This document shows, piece after piece, positions 46,130 to 56,296 of a stretch of 64,000 nucleotides of DNA. The notes under the pieces were generated by a model. The model was given only the letters and a program-made list of their open reading frames with translations. It searched no databases and was not told the origin of the DNA. Numbering within the stretch: the first letter of the stretch is position 1; every line of letters begins with the position of its first letter. Both the position numbers and the translations under genes were made by a program. Source of the stretch: Oliverocinquevirus OLIVR5 (Duplodnaviria; Heunggongvirae; Uroviricota; Caudoviricetes); IMG/VR virus record IMGVR_UViG_2974725113_000001, positions 23,074-87,073 of that record; one strand, given 5' to 3'.

Positions 46130-46402
46130 ATGAACAACGAACTCAAAACCTACGATGCCCACATCCTCCACGAATCTTTCGATGTCCTTCAAAAGATCAA
46201 AGGTATCGATCTGACTCTCTTCACTCCGAAGAAGGATTTCGTTGTATTCCGTGGAAACGTAGACCAAATTCGGAGAATTCTCCATTTGGTCGATGACGCC
46301 TTTTGTAATGAAGGCTTCGAGGAGAACGAAATCTCGTCTCTTTACTTGGCTATCGACACCGCTCTCCAGCAGTATTATTTCGAAAATGATATCGAGGATT
46401 GA
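46130..46402 (+). CDS. hypothetical early protein
   Basis: Start MNNELK with GGAG RBS. Confidence 0.7.
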   Translation: MNNELKTYDAHILHESFDVLQKIKGIDLTLFTPKKDFVVFRGNVDQIRRILHLVDDAFCNEGFEENEISSLYLAIDTALQQYYFENDIED

Positions 46403-46406
46403 TCCG

Positions 46407-46739
46407 ATGAAAGTCCTGGAAAAGCTCATTCTTATTCGTGACGACATTGCGTCGGTCAAAGATTTCCGTTATAATGACGGCATCTGCTATAACATCAAGA
46501 CGTGTGATGATCGAGACGACATTGCGCTCTATTCTCTTTTCGAAGAATGGCCAGAGTTCTCAGGCGACGTGGAATTTCCTGTTCCTGGCTACAAAGCTGA
46601 TGACCTCGAAGAAAACGAAACGGACGAGGAAAGAGCCTACATGGAAACAGAAGCTGAAGACATGTGGAACCCTTGCAATCCGTATGGCGCCGCTCGTCTC
46701 CGCCTCGTCAACTTCTTAATATCGAAACTTTCGAAATAA
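46407..46739 (+). CDS. conserved phage hypothetical protein
   Basis: GIC...LF..WP.FSG...FPVP...W....YG..R..L..FLI pattern. Confidence 0.7.
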   Translation: MKVLEKLILIRDDIASVKDFRYNDGICYNIKTCDDRDDIALYSLFEEWPEFSGDVEFPVPGYKADDLEENETDEERAYMETEAEDMWNPCNPYGAARLRLVNFLISKLSK

Positions 46740-46752
46740 TTCAAAAGGACTG

Positions 46753-46781
46753 TTTACTTATCAAGGTTTAAGTGCTATAAG
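46753..46781 (+). promoter_or_regulatory. early promoter
   Basis: TTTACT-tatcaaggtttaagtgc-TATAAG; shares 20 bp with the promoter at 46068. Confidence 0.8.
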
Positions 46782-46813
46782 TCTTTAATGCCAAACCTTA
46801 ATGGAGAAATGAA

Positions 46814-47047
46814 ATGATTTATGTCTGGCTTCCTGACAATCTTTACGAAGTCTATCATCGAATTCCTGGAGCAAAGTCTTTCAATTATTTCTCCATTGCC
46901 AAATTTGGCATTGAAATCAAGGTCACGAAAGAAGAGCTTCTCGAAATGCTCGAACTCGTCGACACAGCCCATCTCAACGACGATTGCTCTGAGTCTCTGA
47001 ATGACCTCAGCGATCTTTATCGCACTCTAGCTAAATACGAGGATTAA
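46814..47047 (+). CDS. hypothetical early protein
   Basis: ORF after promoter. Confidence 0.7.
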   Translation: MIYVWLPDNLYEVYHRIPGAKSFNYFSIAKFGIEIKVTKEELLEMLELVDTAHLNDDCSESLNDLSDLYRTLAKYED

Positions 47048-47048
47048 T

Positions 47049-47240
47049 ATGACGAAGAAGGAAACCATTTACGGAACGATCCAGGAGAACCTGGATGTGG
47101 CACTTCTCGAAGAAGAATTCATGAAAGCCTGCGGACCGTTTGATCCATACTATCGGATCGCTAAGACCAATTTGAATTATTACCTCGAATGCGCTGCAGC
47201 TCTCGAACGCGGCGAAACGGAGATTGAACCGAAATGGTAA
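47049..47240 (+). CDS. hypothetical early protein
   Basis: Coupled ORF. Confidence 0.65.
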   Translation: MTKKETIYGTIQENLDVALLEEEFMKACGPFDPYYRIAKTNLNYYLECAAALERGETEIEPKW

Positions 47241-47497
47241 AGGCTATCAAAACTCTCGGCGATCTGAACGCCGCTCTGAAAGAAATCGATCGGATCAAGA
47301 AGGCCATCGCAGACTTCAAGATTTCGAACTTCGAAATCGACAAGTTCTACCGCTGGTCAAATCCGTCCCGCGGTAAAGGCGGACGTATGCAATGCGTCTT
47401 CATTCACGGCGATGAGGCTGTTCTCCGGAACCACAAAGGTCTTACAGTCGTGAAGAAGAAAGACCTCATCGATATGAAACTTCGTCTCACCAGCTAA
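47234..47497 (+). CDS. hypothetical early protein
   Basis: Coupled ORF. Confidence 0.7.
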   Translation: MVKAIKTLGDLNAALKEIDRIKKAIADFKISNFEIDKFYRWSNPSRGKGGRMQCVFIHGDEAVLRNHKGLTVVKKKDLIDMKLRLTS

Positions 47498-47504
47498 TCC
47501 TCCT

Positions 47505-47530
47505 CCAGGACAGAGTAAAATCTGTCCTGG
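47505..47530. terminator. hairpin between convergent early and late genes
   Basis: CCAGGACAGA-gtaaaa-TCTGTCCTGG, followed by GAAGGGATTT. Confidence 0.7.
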
Positions 47531-47538
47531 GAAGGGAT

Positions 47539-47967
47539 TTAGATGACGAAAGCTTTTCGCCAAAAGTCTTTCTTTTGATCTTCTGACCATCCGAGAGCTT
47601 TCCGAACGGTATCAGAGAGTTGATGGTCGATATCGAATTGCTGTGCCGATACGACAAGCATTCGAGCCGAGAACCTCATCGATGCCGGAAGCGTGTTGAT
47701 GATGTCCGTCAAAGGTTTCGGAATGATACCTTGAGAAACAGCATTGAAAGCATCGTCTTCGGAGATGATGCCAATGACTGCCAGGTACTGGAAGAACTGT
47801 CTCCTTGAAATCGTCCTCGGGAAAATCTTTCCAGTCTCTACGACATAATCTCCTCGATACTTTTGAGCATCTACGAGAGGGATTTGGACGTTGTAAGCTA
47901 CCGGATAGAGAGGAGTACCTTTCATTCCGAACTTAGAATAATCAGGGATCGTTACGGTCGAGCTCAT
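47539..47967 (-). CDS. putative tail-fibre assembly/chaperone protein
   Basis: P.TISRRQFFQ.LA..G.I...A...G.IP..L...LP....F.A.M......F...H.L pattern common after alphaproteobacterial phage fibres. Confidence 0.55.
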   Translation of the reverse strand: MSSTVTIPDYSKFGMKGTPLYPVAYNVQIPLVDAQKYRGDYVVETGKIFPRTISRRQFFQYLAVIGIISEDDAFNAVSQGIIPKPLTDIINTLPASMRFSARMLVVSAQQFDIDHQLSDTVRKALGWSEDQKKDFWRKAFVI

Positions 47968-49454
47968 ACCTTTTCCTCCTCTACAATCAATTTGCCTTCT
48001 TCATTCGTGCGCTTGAAGTCTTGCCATTTCAGAACAGCATCAGCGCGTCGAGCGGTCACGGTCCAGTTCACTTCATCGGTAGACTTGACATTCTCGGAAG
48101 TAATCGTGAACGAGTTTCCGGAAATGGCTGAAGCCTTCACTCTATCAAATGAATCGACAGGATGTACAGAAGATACAGCAGGATCGGCCCAGAAGGAGGC
48201 CAGTGTATTCTTCTTCAGTCCGAGTGATTTCTCTACATCGACAATGACAACTCCCTTTACTAGCTTCGCTTTGCCTCTGAACGTGATCAGAGCTTCGTTC
48301 GAAATGACTGATGCCATGACGAGGTTCGAGTTTGCTGGATCAGCCGGATGGTCGATGATCATTACAGCGAGAGGAGATTTGCTTGGACCGGTCGATCCGA
48401 CTTCACCCGTCGCTCCATTGAAAGACCACGAATTCCACTGAAGACCGTAAGCGTCCTGGTGATGAAGTCGGAATTCTCCAGCGGTCATGCCTGGAACGCC
48501 GTCGAGTTTCCTCATCGTGCCGAACTGATATGAACCTTCTACTTTCGAAGACTCGTGAGTGTGGACATAATCGAAGCCGATCCCGGGAGCAAATGAAGCC
48601 TTATCATGGATCGCATAAGACCTGAAAGGGGATGCAGCCATGAAACTGTTCTGGATTTGGACAGGCAGAGACCTTGCGAAGAACGTACCCTTCCGAAGCC
48701 AGGCAGGATCAGGCAAGAAGTCATTGAAGATTTGACCCTTGAAAGCGCCACCTTCATCGCCGATCTTTCGATCGAGGAGTCTTTTCACGAAGTCTGAGAC
48801 AGGCATCTCAAGCGGAGAAATATTCTCTACCTTCCCAAGACCTACGAGAGAACGGTCGATAGTCGCTACCGTGCCGTCTCCGAGGATGACTTGAGTCTTG
48901 TTTCCTGTCGGATGAGGAAGAGCTCCGATGGCATCAAGAGCAACAAGCTTCTCGGCGGTCGTCAGCTTCTTCGTCTTCGTTAGAGCAGATTCAATAATCT
49001 GAGCGATAGACTCTTCCATCGCGTTGATGACGGCCGAAAGTCCACTCACACTTCCTACTGCAGGAGGATTCGATGAGGAGAACTTTTCGTCAAGCGCGGC
49101 TTTGAGATTTTCGATAGTCTCAATGGTCTGCTTGCCCGTATGGTTCTTACGATCCAGAAGGTCAACGTCCTTCCTGTTCTTCGTAGCTCCGATATCGATC
49201 GCGGAGAGCTTTTCCTTCTCAGCTTTATGGAAGAGACGAATTTCATCCGTCTCCTTCATGTTCTCGAGAGAGAAAGCATCTGCTGCTACTCCGGTCGGAT
49301 CATATATGTCTGCTTCCATGGTTGGGATGGGAGCCTTACGAAAGGTTCCATCTCCAGAGAGGAAGGTGCTCGGTGTTCTATCGCCTGGCGCAGAAATGTC
49401 TGCGAGGACAATCCTGTCTTTATACGCCAAGGCTTTAAATTCTTTGGTGCTCAT
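47964..49454 (-). CDS. tail fibre / baseplate-associated fibre protein
   Basis: AT.N..D..L.DR.NHTG.Q and VGLG.VEN.S...PVS fibre motifs. Confidence 0.6.
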   Translation of the reverse strand: MSTKEFKALAYKDRIVLADISAPGDRTPSTFLSGDGTFRKAPIPTMEADIYDPTGVAADAFSLENMKETDEIRLFHKAEKEKLSAIDIGATKNRKDVDLLDRKNHTGKQTIETIENLKAALDEKFSSSNPPAVGSVSGLSAVINAMEESIAQIIESALTKTKKLTTAEKLVALDAIGALPHPTGNKTQVILGDGTVATIDRSLVGLGKVENISPLEMPVSDFVKRLLDRKIGDEGGAFKGQIFNDFLPDPAWLRKGTFFARSLPVQIQNSFMAASPFRSYAIHDKASFAPGIGFDYVHTHESSKVEGSYQFGTMRKLDGVPGMTAGEFRLHHQDAYGLQWNSWSFNGATGEVGSTGPSKSPLAVMIIDHPADPANSNLVMASVISNEALITFRGKAKLVKGVVIVDVEKSLGLKKNTLASFWADPAVSSVHPVDSFDRVKASAISGNSFTITSENVKSTDEVNWTVTARRADAVLKWQDFKRTNEEGKLIVEEEKV

Positions 49455-49455
49455 G

Positions 49456-52101
49456 TTATCCTTCCTCTTGATCCAGATAGAGCACAGGAGAACCAGTGCT
49501 CAAATCGTTCATTTTCCTTTTGACCAATCCGTAGTGCTTGAAGCCGGACGTGTTGATGGTCTCATCGTAAGTCTTCATATACGTATTTGTGAAGACGTCC
49601 ATTTTGATGGCAAGCGAGAAGTCCTGATAGACATCGTTGTCGTTGAAGACTGAATAGCTCGAGAGTGTATTCATGATGCCGTTCTTCAGTCTCTTCACCT
49701 TCTCCACTCTTCCGTAAATCGGATTCGCCTTCAGGCGAGGATTTCCATCGTACCACTGATAGATGAAGAGGTTTCCTTCGATCGAGAAGAAGAGGTTGTA
49801 GAAGTCTCCTCTCCGCGTATACGACGAGAAGTCCACACGACCAGGGAAATCATGACTCTCGATCTTGTCACCCTTGTAATTCAGACTCACGATCTTTCCG
49901 TCGGCGAAAGCGTAAAGGATAGAACCGAGAGAGAAGATCGAAGTCACAACACCATATTCTGGAGTGTTGAGGACGAACTTCTGAGGAGGGATCAGATCGA
50001 CTGCCAGGACTTTCCTCAAGTCGAACGAATAGATATTCCTCTGACCGAGAATGAAAAGAGTCCGATCGTTGGCCGTGATGCCGATGAGCTCTTCGTCTCC
50101 TTCAGGAACCCAATCCAATATCCGCTGTTCATCTGCCGTCGTCATGACGATTACGTTTTTCGAATTGAGAGCGACACCGAAGAACATCAATTTCGAGTCG
50201 ATGGTGGCCGAGGCAACGAGCGTGGGATAAGCCACGTTGTTTCGATTGATTGTCCAACGGTCTCCAATTGTGATGCCACCAGTGGGCGCCTGCTTAATAA
50301 TCTCCGGCTTCCATCCTACATTGACATATCCGATATTGCCAGAAAGGAACTCGATCTTCTCGTCGAAGATTTTCGCAGGATCGAACTTCTTTTCCATCGT
50401 TCCGAAATCGTCTTCGACATAAGGCTTGTCTTCTTCACGAGGCTGGAAGAACCAACCAGGGTTCGAGACGATAATTTCCTTCGCTTCTCCTTTATTCCCT
50501 ACACGAGAAATGTAAGCGCTGAAACCGTCTCCGGTCGTCGTTTTCATCTTAATCTCTTGACCAGGAATATACTTGTTTCCGGGCTGGACGATATCGAATC
50601 CGATAATCCCGAAAAACTCAGAGTTGTAGGTCTTCGAATTGATCGTGATCTGAGTCGGCATGTTCTTCACATCAATTGGTTCGTTCTGGAAGAATTCTCC
50701 AAACTGGACCGTGACATATACGTGATAGAAGACCTGACGCTGGAAGATTTGCTTCTCGACATATTCAACTACGGCCTCGGTCTGAGACGTTCGTCCTTCA
50801 ATCGTGAAACCTTCGAGCTTCGATGCCATCTCATCAACGGAGGTCGTGTCGTCGGTCTCAAAGACTCGACTGAAGCTCGGATCGAGGAGAGCAGCAATAT
50901 CGTCACCGCTTAGAGTGATCCGGGTCAACGAATGCCATTCAGCGTCCGAAAGTTTCAGGACGTATTTAGAAAACCGATGAAGACTGGATTCCTTCTTGAA
51001 GAGGACGTTCGAGAGCCACTTGTAAGAAGGCAAGTTTCCTTTGTTAGAGAAGAAATCTACAAGCCTTTTGACAAGCAATCGCGGATCAGAACCATCGTCG
51101 GTAGTTGGAGTAAAGATCATGCGAATCTTCTTGGCCAACTCCTCTTCTGGCATCTTGTCGACGTCCGAATAATCCATCATATTCCGGAGATATGACTGTG
51201 CAGTGCCTGCAAATCCTTCTACGTCATAATAGGACTGGATGAATTCGAAAAGGTTCGGATACTGATCAAGAACGAAAGAGTCAAAGAGAGACTTCGTTTC
51301 GATTCGGTAATCTGGAGACGGCATGCCCTTGCATTCGAGGAAGGAGTCAAATGACTTCTTCTCGTCAGACAGATAGAATGTCCTCTCGTCGCCTTCACGG
51401 AACAAGACGCGAACGTGAGTCGAACCGTTCTCATAGACGTTATGGCACAAGTCCGTCTTCGTGATGATCTCGCCATCGATGTAATTCTTGAAGAAGATTT
51501 TGTGCATATCTGAGCCAGGAAGGAACTCAGCCGAATAAAGTTTTGGCTCTACACGACGACCGTCAACAGACACGGAAATGTATCTCTTCGATTCTTTGAA
51601 CTGATACGGAGTCACATCGACTTCGGAGTTAATGAATTCCACTTCCTTCGGCGGAATGTATTTGATCTGCTCGAGGTTGAAAAGCTCTTCGAACGTATTG
51701 TTCGTGAGATATTTCTTGTGCTCCTCGATGATCCCATTCCATCCCGCACCACCGACCTTCGTTTCCGGAGGAACGATAGGCACAATGTCAGGAATTTCCT
51801 TATTGATTAGACCAATTGGCGTCCTGCCGATTGCTCCAACCTGGGTCATCCAGATGTAGTAGAGCTGAGAGTCGTTATTGTATCTGTGATGATCAGGACA
51901 GGTCAAGTTGTAGACTTCGACGACGTCCGTCTTACCGGATTCGACCTTCGTGAAAAGATCGCCGTCCGTCCACGTGGCCCACATCGGCGTCTCTGAAAAC
52001 AGGTGATATTCCACACCTGCTTCGAAGCCGTAATTCCTCTTCCCGTCAATCAAGAAGCCTTTTTCGTCCTTGGTGACTTCAAGATGAATTCTCGGTGCCA
52101 T
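49456..52101 (-). CDS. 7: baseplate wedge initiator gp7-like
   Basis: YP.LFEFI.SYY..., L.K.L.DFF..KG...SY..L...LF; position after gp6. Confidence 0.7.
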   Translation of the reverse strand: MAPRIHLEVTKDEKGFLIDGKRNYGFEAGVEYHLFSETPMWATWTDGDLFTKVESGKTDVVEVYNLTCPDHHRYNNDSQLYYIWMTQVGAIGRTPIGLINKEIPDIVPIVPPETKVGGAGWNGIIEEHKKYLTNNTFEELFNLEQIKYIPPKEVEFINSEVDVTPYQFKESKRYISVSVDGRRVEPKLYSAEFLPGSDMHKIFFKNYIDGEIITKTDLCHNVYENGSTHVRVLFREGDERTFYLSDEKKSFDSFLECKGMPSPDYRIETKSLFDSFVLDQYPNLFEFIQSYYDVEGFAGTAQSYLRNMMDYSDVDKMPEEELAKKIRMIFTPTTDDGSDPRLLVKRLVDFFSNKGNLPSYKWLSNVLFKKESSLHRFSKYVLKLSDAEWHSLTRITLSGDDIAALLDPSFSRVFETDDTTSVDEMASKLEGFTIEGRTSQTEAVVEYVEKQIFQRQVFYHVYVTVQFGEFFQNEPIDVKNMPTQITINSKTYNSEFFGIIGFDIVQPGNKYIPGQEIKMKTTTGDGFSAYISRVGNKGEAKEIIVSNPGWFFQPREEDKPYVEDDFGTMEKKFDPAKIFDEKIEFLSGNIGYVNVGWKPEIIKQAPTGGITIGDRWTINRNNVAYPTLVASATIDSKLMFFGVALNSKNVIVMTTADEQRILDWVPEGDEELIGITANDRTLFILGQRNIYSFDLRKVLAVDLIPPQKFVLNTPEYGVVTSIFSLGSILYAFADGKIVSLNYKGDKIESHDFPGRVDFSSYTRRGDFYNLFFSIEGNLFIYQWYDGNPRLKANPIYGRVEKVKRLKNGIMNTLSSYSVFNDNDVYQDFSLAIKMDVFTNTYMKTYDETINTSGFKHYGLVKRKMNDLSTGSPVLYLDQEEG

Positions 52102-52104
52102 TGA

Positions 52105-53874
52105 TTAGAGCCTTTCGACAGTTACTTTCACATCGCTGATTTTCACGACGTTATTCTTATTTGAGTAGATGTTGTTGATCAACGGAGTGGCGGAGAATCG
52201 AATATCCTTCGTCGTCTGGTTGACCTTAGAGACGACAATGTCGGAGACGACGACGTCACCAGTTTCGAAGTTCACAGTGCCGATTTTCTCGCGGACCAGG
52301 ATGTCCTTGCCTTCGATAATCTCGTAGATCGAGAGCGTACCGTCGGATGCAGACTTGATAAAGACCTGCTTGCCAGAATACGTGAACGAGTTCGAGACGA
52401 CATCCTTGATCGGGTTCATGAACGAGAATTCAAAAGTCGTCATGATCCGTGTGTCAGGATAAATCCGCTTGCTGATCTTCACTCCGGTCAAGTTGCTCGA
52501 AATCGTCGTGTCGAGATAGTTGATCCCAGCCGTATAGATCGAGTGCTCGAAGATGGCTCCGAACTTTTCCAGCTTGTCTCGGTTGAAGACTTCAGAGTAA
52601 TTCCGAACGAGGTCAGCAATCTGAGACTGCTTCAGGAAGACGAAGTCGTCGACATAAACCTTGACATCAAGATCGACGAAGATATTATCCACATCCACAA
52701 TGATAGGAATGATTCCGCCAACACCAACTTCGTCGAGGACCAGGTCTCGAATTTCTTCTCGCTGCTTGATCGAGAGAATCTGCGAATTGACAGTGTTAGC
52801 CGAAATGTAGATACGACCGAACTGGTCATAATATCCGCGACCTTCTCGACCAGACCAAACCGAAACCGAGTTGACGTACGGAAGTCGTGCACGGACAAGG
52901 TCAGCATAGTCAGAGTTGATAACTCCTCGACCTTGGTTCACGACGAACTTCGGCGCATTCCGCTTGATCGAATAATCAGATTCGGCTTCGAGACCACCGG
53001 CTGCTTTCGACGTGACGCTGACGTTCACCAAAGACTTGTTCATTGGATCGTTCGGCACAACGGAAGAAGCGAATTTAATCGACTTCACACCATTGCCTGA
53101 AGGACCGAGAGTCTTCAGATAGACGATTCGAACTATTGACGTATCGGCAACAGCTTTACCGATAACTCCATCGCCGAGTTCAATACCGAAGCGACCATTG
53201 TTGACTTCATAGAGGAAGTAAACCTTGGACTCCGAATCCACGTTGATGGATGTTTTCACCTGACGGAATTCTTCGAAATCAGCGGAGTCTGGAGACTTTT
53301 GGACATAGACTTCGAGATAGTTCGTGTCGATGTTGTCAATCGGAATTTCGTAAAGCTGAGAGCGACGGTTCTTGTCAACGACAATGTCGACTGATCCGTA
53401 AGTTCCTTGATAGAGCTCTACGTCCTTGAAAGCGTAGGAAATGCCGTCTTTCCTGGCTGTGTACGGACGGATGGCCACGAAAGGAACAGTCTCGTTCTCG
53501 CCTTCACCAAGGAAGATCGTACCCTTCTCGATATTCATCGTGTCAGGATATCCGGAGACATTCGTGCCGGTTACAGTAATGTCGGCCATAGCCTTCGAGC
53601 AAATCGTGGAGTAAGGTGTATAGCCATAATCCTTTGCCTTCGTGACAATGTTCTTTCGGAGGATAGCCGTATCGATAGAGCTTTCCGCATAAAGCGCATT
53701 GGCTGTCACAGAGTTCATCTGCGTGTTGTATGCCATCACGGAGAGAAGCATATCGATGACAGACTGGTCCACGTCATAATCGGAAATCACTTCCTGCTGT
53801 GAAAGGAACTTCCGATAGGATTGTAGGACCGAAGCAAATTCGTGATTTCTAAATGACAATGCTTTCTCGGTCAT
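52105..53874 (-). CDS. 6: baseplate wedge subunit gp6
   Basis: FL..Q....DYD...S....LL.V.AYNT, ESS.DTA.LR.N.V..AK..GY.P.S, FGDG-like LGDGVIG, R.V...DY. Confidence 0.92.
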   Translation of the reverse strand: MTEKALSFRNHEFASVLQSYRKFLSQQEVISDYDVDQSVIDMLLSVMAYNTQMNSVTANALYAESSIDTAILRKNIVTKAKDYGYTPYSTICSKAMADITVTGTNVSGYPDTMNIEKGTIFLGEGENETVPFVAIRPYTARKDGISYAFKDVELYQGTYGSVDIVVDKNRRSQLYEIPIDNIDTNYLEVYVQKSPDSADFEEFRQVKTSINVDSESKVYFLYEVNNGRFGIELGDGVIGKAVADTSIVRIVYLKTLGPSGNGVKSIKFASSVVPNDPMNKSLVNVSVTSKAAGGLEAESDYSIKRNAPKFVVNQGRGVINSDYADLVRARLPYVNSVSVWSGREGRGYYDQFGRIYISANTVNSQILSIKQREEIRDLVLDEVGVGGIIPIIVDVDNIFVDLDVKVYVDDFVFLKQSQIADLVRNYSEVFNRDKLEKFGAIFEHSIYTAGINYLDTTISSNLTGVKISKRIYPDTRIMTTFEFSFMNPIKDVVSNSFTYSGKQVFIKSASDGTLSIYEIIEGKDILVREKIGTVNFETGDVVVSDIVVSKVNQTTKDIRFSATPLINNIYSNKNNVVKISDVKVTVERL

Positions 53875-54257
53875 GAAACTCTCCTTAGGCGCGTGATGTA
53901 CGTGAACGTTTTATCTGCCGACACCATGGTGAATTCGATCTCGATGGTGACGACCTTTGAGTCTTCTTCCCATCGGACATCAATAAAATCTGCCCTGGCT
54001 CGGTTTTCGTATTTTAGCGAGTTTCTGACCCTTGACTTGATCTCCTCAAGAGTCCCCGAATGCACAGGTTCCGCAATGAATTCGCGGAGTCCTGCGCAGA
54101 GATATGGTCGACCAATCGAAGCGTGAACTGAACAAAGAAGGAGAAGATCGATGTGTTGCTTGATAGCCTTCTCGTTCTTCTCTAGGATGATGTCATCCGT
54201 AATTCTGTTTTTCTTCAGGTCACCATTGAGGTCGGTGATTTCGTTTTTGATCCTCAA
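53871..54257 (-). CDS. 25: baseplate wedge subunit gp25
   Basis: NE.AIKQ.I..LLL......GRP...G..L....; ENRAR; order 25-6-7. Confidence 0.75.
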   Translation of the reverse strand: MRIKNEITDLNGDLKKNRITDDIILEKNEKAIKQHIDLLLLCSVHASIGRPYLCAGLREFIAEPVHSGTLEEIKSRVRNSLKYENRARADFIDVRWEEDSKVVTIEIEFTMVSADKTFTYITRLRRVS

Positions 54258-54748
54258 GAACTCTCTCCTTTTGGAGTTACGTCAATGATTTCAGGTTGAC
54301 TGTTCATCGCGAGTTTCAAAGCTTCCTTTGCGGTCATCGGCTTGACTTCCGTATTGACCGGTTCAGAGAAATTGTTCTGAATATTCGTCTGGATGATCTG
54401 ATCCGCTTTCGGCAGAGCTTTCATCGCTTGAGAAGCTTTCTTCATGTCGACTAATTTACCGATCGACCCGTTGATTGTCAGGAGGAAGGAATTGATCGAA
54501 TCGAAGAATTTCGCATTGCCTGTTTGGACAGCAAATCTTTTCAAGACTGCGATCATTTCCTGAGCAGTGTTGATGGTGAATTCTACCGACTTTTTGATGT
54601 CCTTCACGTCCTCCGGATCGTCTTCGCTGATCGTAAGAGTGAATGTCCCTTCCTCATCAAATTTGATTTCAGGGACACCAGAAGCCATCAGGACAGCTAA
54701 AGAGTCCGCCGAAGAACTTATATCCATTGCGTCCATTTCGATTTCCAT
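54254..54748 (-). CDS. 16: probable terminase small subunit gp16
   Basis: Central helices followed by TNIQNNF and T.KE.LKL C-terminus resembling T4-like gp16. Confidence 0.55.
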   Translation of the reverse strand: MEIEMDAMDISSSADSLAVLMASGVPEIKFDEEGTFTLTISEDDPEDVKDIKKSVEFTINTAQEMIAVLKRFAVQTGNAKFFDSINSFLLTINGSIGKLVDMKKASQAMKALPKADQIIQTNIQNNFSEPVNTEVKPMTAKEALKLAMNSQPEIIDVTPKGESS

Positions 54749-54749
54749 T

Positions 54750-56252
54750 TTAGTCTATCCTATGTGTCATTTCGTCGATTTCATATCCGCCTTCCATGTA
54801 ATGTTGGAGACGTTCGATCGCATGAGCCTTGCCGAAGTTCGACTTATGTTTCTTGCTGATCGTAGTAAGGTCATCCCATACGTCATGAAGGGTTGCCTTG
54901 AATTTCGTGTCTGAGATACGAAGCAATCGTCCGAGAGACTGGAGGATTTTGATCTTCGATTTCAGAGGATGGGCGAAGATGCCGAAGTCGAGGTTCTTGA
55001 TCGAAACACCGGTTGACATGGTGCCATACGTAGCGAACACGACTGTACCTCGAGGAAGGTCACCAGCGTCGATCTCTTTCTTGATCGTGAAGCGGTCTTC
55101 TCGTTTTACCGAACCTGTGATGACTCGATACTCTCGATCAGGGAACCACTTCTTGAAAGCCTCTATGAGACGTTCGCCATGCTTGATCGTATTGAAAAGG
55201 ACGAGGCCGTTTTTGTCCGGTTCAGACTCGATGATCCGCATGATGATGTTGTCGCGTTGTTTCGATTTCAGGATCGTTGACGTCTCATGCTGGTAATCGC
55301 AATCCGGAGGGAAAATATCTTCAAGACGAGGACCGTACATGACTCGATGCATGACGATATTCGTATCGGCGATATAACCGTAAGACTTGAGTTCCTGGAT
55401 GGTGGTCGCAACGATATTCTTGCCGAAGAGTCCGCGAAGAGTAAGAGCGTTGATCGCGCAGTCTTTGAACGTGCCAGACGTACCATAGCGATATACGGCG
55501 CTGGTGCAATATTCTATAATCTTCGTCATTTCCTTCGCTGTGCCACCGTGTGCCTCATCCACAACGATACCCTTAAACTTCTTGAAGTATGCAGGAGGAA
55601 GCATCGCGAGAGACTGCCAGGTCGATACGTAGAGCTGACAATCAGGATCATCCGACTCCTTTGATTTGCCGCCAAGGATTTTGTGGAGAAGACCATTATA
55701 CCCGTACTCGCGGAAGTCATCTTCCATCTGGTCAACGAGAAGAACAGAAGGCACGACTATCAGGAACTTGTCATCAGGACGCATATCCAAGAGTTGGATC
55801 GTACGGTACAGGTAATAGATCAACATCGACTTGCCAGAGCTCGTCGGAGACTCGATGGTGGCTCGCTTCTGTTTCAGCGCCTGATGAGTCGCTTCAACCG
55901 CGTAGTCACGCGGATCGAAATGTTCTGGAATCCCGAAACGAGAGATGAGGTCATGATCAAAGAAGTCGTGGAGAGGTTTACCCTTCTCGAAGCCTTTGAA
56001 AACGATTTCGCCATATTCGTCTCCGAGGAAATCAAGGACCTCACGGAGCAAACCCTTGTAGATGGTCTGGTCTCGGAGATTGAAAAGAGAAATTTCGCCG
56101 TTCCATTTTTTGTCTGAAAACTTCGACTTCATGAAATGTGCATTAGGAACAACGAAATGAAATTTCTTCTTTAAAGCCGAATACACAGCACGGTTCGTGG
56201 AGAAAATCCGTACGTGGGTCTCATTGAAATTTTCGATAGTGATCCTGAACAT
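54750..56252 (-). CDS. uvsW: UvsW DNA helicase
   Basis: SPTSSGKS, VDEAH, GTSGT, G.ST GVSI.NL, Q..GR.LR. Confidence 0.93.
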   Translation of the reverse strand: MFRITIENFNETHVRIFSTNRAVYSALKKKFHFVVPNAHFMKSKFSDKKWNGEISLFNLRDQTIYKGLLREVLDFLGDEYGEIVFKGFEKGKPLHDFFDHDLISRFGIPEHFDPRDYAVEATHQALKQKRATIESPTSSGKSMLIYYLYRTIQLLDMRPDDKFLIVVPSVLLVDQMEDDFREYGYNGLLHKILGGKSKESDDPDCQLYVSTWQSLAMLPPAYFKKFKGIVVDEAHGGTAKEMTKIIEYCTSAVYRYGTSGTFKDCAINALTLRGLFGKNIVATTIQELKSYGYIADTNIVMHRVMYGPRLEDIFPPDCDYQHETSTILKSKQRDNIIMRIIESEPDKNGLVLFNTIKHGERLIEAFKKWFPDREYRVITGSVKREDRFTIKKEIDAGDLPRGTVVFATYGTMSTGVSIKNLDFGIFAHPLKSKIKILQSLGRLLRISDTKFKATLHDVWDDLTTISKKHKSNFGKAHAIERLQHYMEGGYEIDEMTHRID

Positions 56253-56296
56253 TTCGATTTACTTTCCGCATCTTCTATGCTTTAAGATATTTTATC

